This document shows positions 39,453 to 53,600 of a stretch of 64,000 nucleotides of DNA, one piece after another. The translations under genes and the position numbers were made by a program. The stretch spans positions 62,001-126,000 of the forward strand of contig JAQGDQ010000201.1 in assembly GCA_030141605.1 (NCBI GenBank), in the 5' to 3' direction. Each line of letters starts with the position of its first letter. Position 1 is the stretch's first letter. This stretch comes from Tubiluchus corallicola. Its lineage: Eukaryota; Animalia; Priapulida. Below the pieces are notes generated by a model. It made no database searches. It was not told where the DNA came from and saw nothing but the letters and a program-made list of their open reading frames with translations.

Positions 39453-40519
39453 GATTCTGGTCGTTTTCAAATTCCGTTCCATTTTTTTTGGATCGAGGAT
39501 GTACATGGCTCTGAACACATCAAAAAACGTTTCTCTAATTTCATCGTCTGACGACAGAGAACTATTCTTGCTAGAAAGCTAAGTTTTGGTCCCATCACAA
39601 CATCTTTATATTGTCGTTAAGTGCTGGAGCTCGCATTGAAGATTTACAAAGTATATAAATGTAACATATACATAGATATAACCACATATGTGTATATAAA
39701 TGTGGTGGATAACATATTTTTGAGACTGTGAATGCTTTGAGAGTGGGCAGGTTGAAAATCTAGCCTAATTCAAGTTTTCTTATTACTATTATAGTTACTA
39801 AAACGATAAGTGAACTGACACAAAAGTGTTTTTTCCTTATTATTCTTACGTTAACGTTGAATCGTTCTCCATACTTGGTCAATTAATTATGAGAAATGTC
39901 CAACGATAATGAAACTGTGATAACATTGAACGAAATTTTTACGAAGAACATCTTATGCTTTATCAAGATACGTGTGTCTTTTTCTTCCTGCAACCAAATG
40001 TAGACGTCCTACGTTGTCAGGTAAATGTCTGCTTTTAAGTGGTTATGACGTCTGGTTTTATTTCCATGTAACTTCTCTCACCCACGACCACTGTTTATTA
40101 TTAACCGACTATTTCCAAGTGCTCCCAAAGATGATATCCGCTCGGAATGACAACAGTGACCAGGCCAGTCTAAAACATGAGAGTATGGAACAACAAATAG
40201 AGTTAGTTGCGCTGCTGCTGTTCGTTATGGACTGGGAGAACTTGTGTATTTGTTTTAAGGCCTTGCCCTGAGCATCTGGTCTGAAGCATCTTGGGTTTAT
40301 CATCTTTAGTGTACTTAGTGGTCGTTATGTTTTGCGTGTTGGTATTACCAAATCAAGTCACGATTTCATTTGTATTGCAAAAACTTAAAGCACAAGAAAA
40401 CACTCTTCACAAATAAAGCTTAAAAACTCGTCTTGAAATTTTATATCACTTACATACCGTCTTATTGCATACATTGCTTGCGTTAATAGCAATGCTATAT
40501 AAAACTTGTAATTTTAATT

Positions 40520-40862
40520 TCCCGCAATGACCATTGGGCGCAGCCTTTCTAACGGTAAGTCGTTTGAAATAAGTTTAGATAACATAGTGTAAAGTTTGAA
40601 AAAATAATGAGAGCATTCATAACACACTATTTGCTAACTAAGCAAACGTTTAAACTACTTTATATTGTTAATATGATCAATAATGTGTTTTTTGGTGAAT
40701 CGGTGGTGCACACTGGGATGGCGAAGCAGTGCCGTTTTACTAGGTGGCGCGAACATTTCAAATATTAAGAATTTTCTTTTCCAATTACATAATTTGTTAA
40801 ACAGTTTAATGTAATGTTAAATAATATAAGTCTGTAGTGAAAGTTCTTTGGGATATACTTTC
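40520..40862 (+). repeat. Dispersed repeat, copy A (unclassified transposon fragment)
   Basis: Colinear similarity to 48957-49290 (cgtttgaaataagtttagataac; gtaaagtttgaaaaaataat; ctaactaagcaaa; tttttggtga; ttgggatatactt). Confidence 0.75.
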
Positions 40863-43749
40863 CTTTCTTCCCTTTCAATTGTTTTTACCAATGTACTCAA
40901 CTCATATTTCTTAAGCTTTCCATATTGCTAATGCGGTCACTGTTTTATTTTAATTCTAGTATTTGGTGCCTGTGTTGTTATGTTTCATCTGGCAGTGTGA
41001 TGAGCAAGTAGCATGTAACAATTTGCATATTGACACTTGCTTCCCGTTGCCTTGTTACGCAAAGTACTTAAGACGAACTCGGAATGCTAATCAGTTTTGT
41101 TCACTACTTACTGCATGGCTTTCTGTGTGAGAGAACCGCAATAACTGCATGCATTATTCATGATGCTACTATATAATTTGGGCAGCCTCTAATGTGTTTT
41201 GGCATCCGCGACAATTTGCGCTATAATTAATGAACTTAATATAGCATGTCGCCTCGTATGATTCTAGATTAGCGTACTGGTAACACGCCGTGTCTATTTT
41301 TAAGTATATTTTTATGTTCTGTGAACGTACAAAAGACTGAATTTGCAGCTTTATCCGAAAGAAGCATTGCTGTAAGTCATAACTGCACATGTATTGTGTT
41401 CCCTGAAATTAATATGTAATACGACAGGAATAACAGCTCTGCATGGCACATAAGTATGTTGTGGCTTGACTAGATGAATTCGCTGTTTGGCTCAGGTTTT
41501 CCAACACTCAACATTTTGGATATATTTTTGCATTCACACATGTATTATGTTTGCCGCATTTTGTATAAGCACGCTGCAATTGCATGTGGGTCATTAAGTT
41601 CTTAAAATCATTAAGTTATTATTAAAGTCTCATCAAGGTTATTTTGTGTTTTTTGCTATTTTGCGATTGGCAGCGGAAAATTGGCAAAAATTGGTCCTAA
41701 ATCAAGATTTGAAGCCGGGACCTTCTGCATGTGAGCATCTGCCCCTGTCCAAAGTACAAGCATATCATAAACAACTTGATATCCCACTTTATTTATGTCT
41801 ATTTCCTTGCAATTTAATTGTAAGCATTGAAAAGGGTGCATAAAAGCACAGAATTATGTTACTCTCCAGTAAATCCCAAGATAAAAAAACGTCTGATTTT
41901 TAAGTTGGAGGAGAATTCAAGTTCAGGTGAGATGAGGCACAAATCTTTGATACCTTCCATATCATCCAGAAAATATAAGTATTTTAAAAGTAAATGTAAG
42001 TATTTAAATATAAATAGAAGTATGGCCTATTAAAAAGCTAGGGTGTAATAAGACAATTTGTCTGTAGACGAGGTTAAACAATTCAAAAAGTTTATTGAGA
42101 CCAAAGCGTGGTGTGATGACTGGGTTGATGTTGACAACGGCAAATGAGTTAAGTTCTGCAGCTAGCTCATTGGTTATGTGACCGGATATATAGCTGAATG
42201 ACGTCATGCAGTCGTCACGTATGTACTGAAGGGCTTCTCACTACACTGTAAAATTCTTCTAGAGAAAACTTCATCTGCTCCGTGATTTATCTTGATTTGC
42301 TATACATTGGGTAGGTCTCTCCATATACATAATGGATATTTCCTGCATTAGTGCGAGATTAGATGTACCGCTAAGAGACTGTAGGGCAGCACAAATCCGA
42401 TTGCAGAACTAATCAAACGTGAATAAATAAATTAGCTCACATCAAAATTGCCGCCAGTGTCGGTGAGATAAGTAGTTGCGGTTGCTATATTATTCAACAT
42501 AGAGGAGCATAATATATGTACAAACCTGTAACGTAAATTGATGCACGTATTTTAATTTACAGGGTTATCTAAGTTCCTAGTTGCGTGCGCAGTTCTTAAA
42601 GGTTCATTGTTGCCATGTACTTCAAACATTTGCCGACCCTACTATGAAGCCCCTTGCATAAGTAGAATTCAGTTCGTGCAAATGTAATGTTTATCGCGCA
42701 CGTGATCTTACTCTTGTAATTTACCTATTTTTAGTCGTACATACGACTGTCAGACGTTATAAAAGCCTGTTTTTCGTCCTAACTCGTTTGTAATGCGTAG
42801 GTTAATGTGTCATATAAAGCATATATATATTATCCGTGTTTATGACGGCATGATAATATAGATATAATATTGTTCTCTAACATAATATAATAATGTTGTT
42901 ATTACTCTTTCAATAAATTGCCTACTACTTAGATATTTTTGTGATGTTTGTTTGCACTGTTGTCAATGTTGTTTGTTTACTAGAACTCTGTAAATGTATA
43001 AAATATATATATTTCGGCATTGCAAATAGTTGTTTCTCTTTTTACAGCTGTTTAAAAAACAAGTAAGCACAGTCACTCTGCATATAATTATATGTTAGTT
43101 TCTCCTTTTTATTCACGCTTTAAGCATATATAAAGACTTTATGCATATAATATCTTTGCTAATAAAGACAAGGTATTTTAGGAACTTTGGACCTTTCAGA
43201 GCTTCTCCCCTTTTGCTCTTCAGCCCTTTACAATTATAATATCAGCAATAATTATAAGAGATTTATTGAGATTGTACTTCATTGATACGATTATAATAGA
43301 CTATAACTGCATGTACGTTTTTGTTCATGTAAACACTAATCTGTCGCATTATATACACACATAAGCTGGGTATATTGTCACATTTGTTACAGTCAGTAAA
43401 ATTTGAGCTATGAGCCCAAGAAACCATGGAAATTTTGTAAGTTGATCGAATTTTAATCAGGCTATTTTATGGTTTGAAGTAACTTTATTTTGTTTGTCCT
43501 CTTCAAACTGGCATTGGACCTATGCCTGCGGTATTGTCCGATCTAATTGAATTTTCGCTACCTTTACTTGCAAAATTCGGAAATAGAAATCCCGGCAGTG
43601 ATACAAAAGTGTCTAAATTCAGCATAGGCAGACAGACATTTTGTTTTCTGTTTTTAATAAAAAAATCTCATATACTGTTTCTCATTATCACTAACTTTCT
43701 GCTCTCTTTCTGGCGCTCTTTTCTTCTCGCCTCTCGCTCTTATTTCTGT

Positions 43750-45450
<1,701 letters not shown>

Positions 45451-47450
45451 GCACTGAATGCCACTCGTGCTGTAGAACGGCTGTTCTGTAGAGCGTGTAG
45501 GTTATGCAGCTCTGATGACAAGGGCAGGATTAAGCCTCAAAAATGGCCCTGAGCACTGAAAAGATTATGCGTGTAATTCAGAATAAAAACAATACCAACT
45601 GCAAAATGAAATTTTATTTTTCGAAAGGAAAAAATCTTGCATTTAGTTATAGTGAATGCTAGTACATCAGCTTTACATTGCACAAAAAAGTGGTATTAGA
45701 TAATACAGAGAGAGACTCTAAATCTTGATCGTTCGGACAGCCGTTCAGCATATTTACATACGAACTTGATAAATTATCAATAAACGTAGAGCAGCCTATT
45801 ACATAAGATCACCATAATATATAGTGAAGAAAACTTATTCTAGCAAATACTTTCATTTTCATTTCTGGAAAATATGACTTAAAATGCAAATACAAAACTT
45901 TATGTATTATATCCGTGCCATCATATGGTAAACAAACACAGAGACCGCACATTCCGGTATATTTTACTTTTGGGTAATGATTCGATTTGAAAAAACTGTG
46001 TGGAAGGGATACTTATTTTGGTTAATGATTCATCCAGGGTTGTGTAATGATTACGTGAGTAGCTGTAAAATCCGATTTACACACTGTTCCTTCTCCTCTT
46101 AGTTCAGTCGCATCTGAAAATTTCGTGCGGCCTGACTCTGACAAGAATTTGTCACTTTCACTAAATGTGCATATGTGACCATTGCCAGTGAAAGTTCTTC
46201 AATGACCAGCTGACGTTTTCACACATTTCCCGTTTTCACATCACACGTTTATCGCCGAATGAAGCTATAGAGATGTCCATTGTAATACAGCATTTACACT
46301 TTGGTTAAAGCAGATTTGACTGTTTACTCTAGGAAGAGTTCCTAATTGCAACGGCGCACTGTGTCAACATTGTCCAGTTGAAATTGCTTTTTCGATTTTA
46401 ACCATTCGTAGCTTGTTACAAAGATGCGATGTAAAAATGGGACAGAAACCCTTGATTGCGCCCACAACAGCAGCAACGCGCTTGAATTTCTCAGGCCTTT
46501 GCTAGAATTAGAATATTTGTGGGACAGCACAGAATTTTTCTTTTCACTTGGACACTACACGTTACTATAATTTTGAAGAGTCATGCTAACATGCAATTTT
46601 TTTAATTTCGTGAAAATTCAAAATTTTATGTTCTGTTGCAGAATCGTAAGTAGCTACCATACCGGTGTTGTGTATACTGTATGCTAAACGTCCCTTTGTT
46701 TTACGAATATATTGAATTCTGTATCTGGGAAGCAATATCGAGACTGTGTGCAGTGTGTACTATAAGGCTATAGTATATAAGCATTTTATGACTTTTGCCA
46801 TAAAATGTGCAAATAACTTTGAATTTGCTTTGCCAGAATAGTGTAAATTTTACAATTTACTGTGAGAGAGGGTCAACCTATACAAACACCACTTAACACT
46901 TTACGTCTCCTGCTCTTAGCCTGATGTTAAACATCAAGGCAGAACCACTAAAACAGTGAAAAATATCATTCCTCTTTAAATAAAAAATGTAAAAAAGAGA
47001 AAAGAGTTATTTTAGGTCTTCCTAGTTTTTCTCAATAATTAGAATTATTCAATTTTATTTTTCTGCCCTTAAAAATTGCTTGGGCGTTATTTCTCATATG
47101 ACTTTATTAGCAATAGTGAAAGTTGTTTATTGCCTGTGTTCAGTGAGTTACTTATCACTGTTATGACAAAGTAAACTGCGCAATCTTTCCGCGGAACTGT
47201 ATTTTTGTGTGTCAGGTGTGTCATATTATAGTAAGGAAGATTATAAATTATTGACTGTAAAATATACTGCTACTAGATCATCAATATATTTAATATTGTG
47301 AAAGTGCTACCGCAAAAGAGATAGTTACTTTTGAATACACAGCATTTTTAAGCATTTCTGTAGGCAGAAAATTCATGAAAATTTCTATTTTTAATTACAT
47401 ATTACATATTTGATTGAGACATGTGTTTGTAATTATTCTCTTCTGTGCAG

Positions 47451-47628
47451 GTACGGAATGCCATGAAGAATAGTGATTGTACTTTGCCAGTGGACACCGC
47501 ATTGACCACACCCACCAAAGAGCCCGTTGGAAGAAAAACTGTCATTTTGTGCAAAGAGGGGGAACGAGCCACATTTGGATTGACTGTAGGAGGCGACAAT
47601 CCTGTCTATGTGCAAAGTGTCAATAGAG
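47451..47628 (+). CDS. RhoGEF exon with probable start codon (gccATGa at 47463) and PDZ N-part
   Basis: ctcttctgtgcag acceptor; MKNSDCTLPVDTALTTPTKEPVGRKTVILCKEGERATFGLTVGGDNPVYVQSVNR; donor GTATGT at 47629. Confidence 0.9.
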
Positions 47629-50600
47629 GTATGTGCAAGAATTTAGTTTGCTGTTAGATCAACGTTGAAGTTTTGCTAACTCAACTTCATTGCTCAGAAA
47701 TGAACTCACGAAGCTAAATGAGTCATTCAAATGCGTTAAACGAGATTTTTGGTGCTAGTAAACGACTCCTCCCCCACCACAACCACCCACTCACTGCTTG
47801 ACCGTCGTCTACTGGCAATCTCATTCCGTTAACTCTCTTCTGCTTTTTTCAGGTACATTTCATTTTTATATATATAATCTGATTACTCTCTTAAATAACT
47901 TTGTGATATTAAAGCTTGCTCCATCCTGAATCTATAACAAAAGGTTGATATCGTGAACTTTGAATTGAGAAGGCAGGGATTAAATGATGTACCTTTTAAA
48001 AGGAACTCCATTGATTGTGTTGTCTGTTCCACCGGTTTGTTTCCTGCTGTATTGTTAATCACCCGTTGATACTTTTTGTCGGGCGTTTCATAATCTTAAG
48101 CTTTCACTAGACCTCATTCTTCATTAAATTTTAATGCAAAGAATAATCTGCTCTAAAAACTTGTTCCACCATACGACAAAAAGCCATTTATACTATCGCT
48201 ATCATATCACATTTTGTCAGGAATACTACAGATTTTATTTATACGCCTGTTAATGGCTTTCGTGCATATGGGGAAGGGCGTTGCAGTGTATTGACTAATA
48301 ATTATACAATCACTCAGCCAGGTAACGGAAAATCACCTTTATTGCCTTCCATTGCTTTTACATCCTGTTCTCATTTTATTTACATAGGACCCAGTTTAGC
48401 CATTCGTGTTGTGATTCAGTATTACAATCTACGCGAATACTGTAGGTGGTTAATGTATTCAGGTAGTAATGATGATGATGATGATAAAGCAGCAGTGAAG
48501 CCATTTATTGCAGCTGCAGAAAATCCTGGCCTGTGATGCCGGTCGGTTAACTCGGCAGATAAAGAACGCAGCACACCTGCTGCTATAAACCAATTTCGTA
48601 TTTCGTATAAGCCTGCTAGGCCAGAGCTAGTTATGAACTAGGATTTTGCCTGGTGCAAAGCTGGGAAAAAATTAGGGACATTTAGAAAAATGTAGGGACA
48701 TTTACAAAAAAATTATGGAAGAAAATCATCTGTGGTTTCGTATCTCAAGTGTTTGCTAGGAGCAAAATTATTTGTAGATATGTGATACTGATATTCTGCT
48801 TTGCGCGAAATAGGGAATGAAAGTACTGTAGAAGTGAATAAGCTAGGATACTAGATATGTTCAGTTACAATTTGTTGATTTAGTCACTACTCATGTAACG
48901 ACAGTCATCAGTGTCGCGGCTTTCATAAAACGTCTAAACATGTGGAACATTTAAACCTCCGTGATTACCGTTGGGCACAGAAGTTTTGACGGTAGATCGT
49001 TTGAAACAAGTTTAAATAACAATCGTTGTGTAAAGTTTAGAAAAATAATCAGAGCATTTGTAGCGCACACTTCACTAACTAAGCAAAAGTATGAATTACT
49101 AAATCTTGTCAATAAGATTAAAAATACGTTTTTTGGTGAGTCAATGATGTTTTACCATGATGTTTGTCAATGACGAGAACATTTTAAATTACTAAAAAAA
49201 ATTCTTTTCTAGTTACATAAGTCTTTCAACAAGTAGGCGTTATGCTAATGAATATAACTTTGTATAGAAAGCTTTTTGGGACATACTTTAAAATTAGCTT
49301 TTCTTCCCCTTTAACCTTTTTAAACTGCTAAGCTATCTAATCAAAGCGCCATGTAAAAATCCTGAAGAAACCTTTTGTTTTCTCCCAAAAGTATGTTACT
49401 GCCGTTGTACAGCAATTTTTAGTTCGTTTCAGTTAAAACATTTTATGATAGTGATTTGCGCAAAGTGTAGCGATCCGGGAGTCCTTAACATGTCCGGCTA
49501 TTTTAGTGCTATCCATTTTCCAGTCATTAATGAACACTGGTCACCATTCCAGGGTTTGATGCTGTGGAATTTAATCAGATTTTTAATGAGTCATTCCAAT
49601 GCTCCCTGAAGTGTAATTTGTCATAGAGGAACATGCCTTGTTCGGGTAATCGCTATTGCAGGATTGGGAAGTTGCAGTTCGATCATGATTTGCCGTAAAT
49701 ATAATTTAGTCGAGTTCTTAGTTTGTGTCATTTTGAGGCAACCATGATATACGGCTTCGTGAAATGCAATTTTAGTGCGGTTTTTATTTTTTAGTAATCG
49801 TAATCTAAAAAAGCCATAATTTAGTCTGTTTTAGTAGTTGCTGCTTCAAAAAAGCCAATGAGATCTTTTTTCTGGTATTTACAAAATCGATTATTAAATC
49901 TCTATGATGTGGATTAATAAGTTGATTGTTTTGGTTGTTTTGGAACTGAAATAAGGTTTGACGTATGTTTAGTTTCCTGATAATTGGCAAGTCCATTGCT
50001 TCATTTAGTACAATTTAATCTTATTATTATAATAAGCAATAATTCGAAGTGTTTGTAAAGCTTTAGTGTTGTAATAATAATTTCCATCACTAATCATCAC
50101 TGAATATAGTGGTTATTGCCTGTGAGTGTATTTGAGTGATGAACCGCAAAAGCAGGCTCTCTGAGATATTTTGTATAAGGTTTGTCATATATGGACTTTG
50201 TTATTATATATTCTTTTCAGTTTTCTTAAGTTTGGCATCTCTATATTTAATTGATTCAGTTTTGTGTGATCACCGTACAGTCAGTTACTATGGCTTTTTA
50301 GTGATCATCGTAGTTACAGTCTATTGCTTGTGAAAGTGTAATTCATTCAGACTTTCAGCGTCCGTTATATTATGGCTTCGGGATGTGAGTTGTTATGGCA
50401 CATAAACTCGAGAAAGAGTGCACAACGAAGCCATTTACTGCGATAAAGTACCTCGCAATGATGAAAAGTGCTCCATTATTTAGGATCATAAAACCGAGGT
50501 AAAATACCTCGGCAAGTCTTTCGGCTTATCTTGCTAGTAAGCTTCTGAACTGAATATCCTTGCTATTACCATTACCTTGACTTGGAGAGACGTATATATA

Positions 50601-53600
50601 GATTTAATCGAGTTGAACATCTGAACTGGATTGAGCAGTTATGTGTTTCATCTTTTTGGAGAGGGGCTGGGTTTTTTATACAGTGTATGAGGTTATAATG
50701 TTCTAAGAAATTTTCTTTCATGATTTTATTACTAAGGAAATTCAATTCCCGAATTGTTGAGCCCGAACCTCAACAGTTTGTCACATACAGTGCTTGAGAA
50801 AATTTATTACTGTTAAAAAAAGTGCAGTCTGGAAATGCAACCTCGTCAACACAATCCGGACTCTTTTGTTCCGAAACATTTCTTTAACAGCTTATTCGGT
50901 ATCAACAACTAAAATTGTCACATAACTAAAATATAACCTTCATTAACCTATATGGTAAAAGTCAACTGTTATGTGGTGTAAGTCTTAATATTCAAGACAC
51001 GAAAATCACCTTTCAGTCAAAAAATGCCGCGCTTTTTGTGAAACGCACGACTTTTTGATTAGTGACTCTTTACATGCAAAGAATGCTCAATTTTCATGTA
51101 GCCATTGTGTTAAGATTTTCTGCTGCAGCCTGTCTGGCAACGGAGGGATTTGTTCATGAAGTCTGGTAAGATTATCATGATTATGCTGCTTTTGTTTTCC
51201 TCCGGTAAAACGGCGGATTTGACTTTTGCAGTTTAAAAGTAGATCATAAATTAGTGTATTTGCGTTCTTGTATTGAAAAATTCCCTACGTTCAAACCTTG
51301 TTTGATCGGTTCTAACCTTTTCATATTTTCTTTCAGACAGAATGGCTTCATAAATTTAATAGTTAAACAAGTAATCTTGAAATTAAGATTGATTATATCA
51401 ATTATTTACACGGTTCCTTTAATGCCGTATTTAGTTCAGCAGCCTTAATTATAGGTTCCTAAAATCCTGGCTAAAACAGCACGCCAGCTACAAATTACTA
51501 CCTTCTTAATGTGCTTCTGCCACTGGTAAATCATTTGTTTGCTGACAGTCATGTAGTAGCAATAACTTATTTCCCTTTTCCCTGTGGTGTCCTCGCTGCA
51601 CTGAGTCTGCATACTTCACTATGATAAGTAAACGTAATAATAATCTTTCTGTTGCGAAGTTATAGTAATTCTTATAGGAAGAATAATTACGCATAGGGCC
51701 TAGTGACCAAGAAGCACTATCTGTTTGGTCGATATTTAGATAGGAAAGATACTATTTGCAATACTGCGAGATGAGAGAAAATTAACACGAAAAAAACATT
51801 ACACAAACGAACACACAATTTGTTCCACCATTATTGCAAATACGCCCTACCAGAAGCCTCACACTTACAGAGGCTAGAATGCATTCTGTGCGGACCGCGA
51901 AAGCTAATCAGACATTTACTTATAAGTTATAAGTTTATAACTACTTACAAGACATTTTAAAAAATAACGCAGTGCAGTTATGGTTAATAAAATCTCAACA
52001 AACAACATGTTATCACGAAATTTAAATGACGAATAAACTGGTAAATGGCTCATTTTTCTTCATACGCCTCAAAAACCTTTATAAACGTTGTTTTTTAAAT
52101 ATTATAACAAATTAAAATTCGGGGCTTCCAGATCGCGGTCGAGACTGATGAGATGTTCACAGTACTGAACATCCTTAATTGAAAATGTTGCATAAAAATT
52201 CGATAGAAAATTAATGGTAAACGACTATTAATGAAAAAAGTTAAAAAAACAAAGAATAAGATGAAAATTTACACATTTTTTTCTGTTAAGAATGCACTAA
52301 AGCTCAATCCATTATCTACATATTATTCTCTTATACACAGCTGTGCTCATGTAGAACTGATTAATGTAGTAAGATAAGATGTTTGTGGGAGGGGCTTTGT
52401 AAAGAAACATGATAGGTGGGTGAGGGGAGGGGATTTGTAAGCGTAGTACTGTAGTGAAGAAAGTTCATGAATGAGATCATTTGGAAAGGTTTGCTAACAG
52501 TCCCAAAAAAATTGAACGACTCCATGACGTGACTTTCGAAGAGTCAAAATAGCATCAAAACTAGTTGACAATGTTTCTGACGTGGTCAGAAATTAACGAC
52601 TTTTCAAACGATAGTTACAGAAGTAGAAAAACATCAGCCTTTTGTTTAAAAGTTACAATTTTGATTTTATTGAATTCGTTTAGCTAGGAGCAGGACTTCG
52701 TAATGAAATTGCAGCTTGTAACTTTTCAACCCGTGGCCCGTGAGTCAGTGGTCAACCAAGCACCTTGTTAAAACCCTAGGTGCACGCACACCCCATAATG
52801 TCCAAATACTAGTGAAAAAATGAAAAGGTGTTACCGAGTAGCTGGAAAACGAGACGACGCCGGCTGCTTATGACCCTTTGACCAGAAGTCAGACTTGGCC
52901 AACCTTCCGCTAACCCAGATCTACTCACTCTGTGAGTTTCGTGACCCTAGCGTGCAAGGTTAACGAGTTATTAAACGAAATAATGTTATATTTACGGAGA
53001 ATAAACAGAGAAAAAACTGAGTTTCAAGAAGATTATGCTATGACAGAATCTTAATTAATTGATACATTTGCAAGTCATCACAGTTGATATTATCTACAGT
53101 CCCCTACACTCTATAGCAATCATTGGCAGTCACACACCGCTCAGCGAGTTGTGTAATAGAAAACGATGAGGCGTGATAATAAGTAACTGAAGTATGATGT
53201 CTAGAAACGCATTAAATTTTCTTCACAGATTGGGAGGAGAAAAGGCTGAAAAGCAAAATTTCAAACAATAGAAACGTTTGCTAAGTTGCTTGTAATCAAC
53301 ATACAATACGCACTGCCCACTCGGCACACTAAGAGACTTGGCGGGCTTTGATAACTTTACATAGGTTTGTGCTGTTTATTGTCTTTAATACTTTTAACTG
53401 TATCTGTAAAAGTTTAACCGTTAGACATACGTATTTTATCCGTATGTATAAAAATGCGTCACCCATAGCTTTTGGCTGCTGATAAACTTTGTGTCACTAT
53501 GATGGTCATCCATCTAGTTCCCAATACGATCCACACATATTAGAAAACGAATTATGTGTAACCCACTAGCGTATTTTATCCGTGTGCATAAAAATGCACC

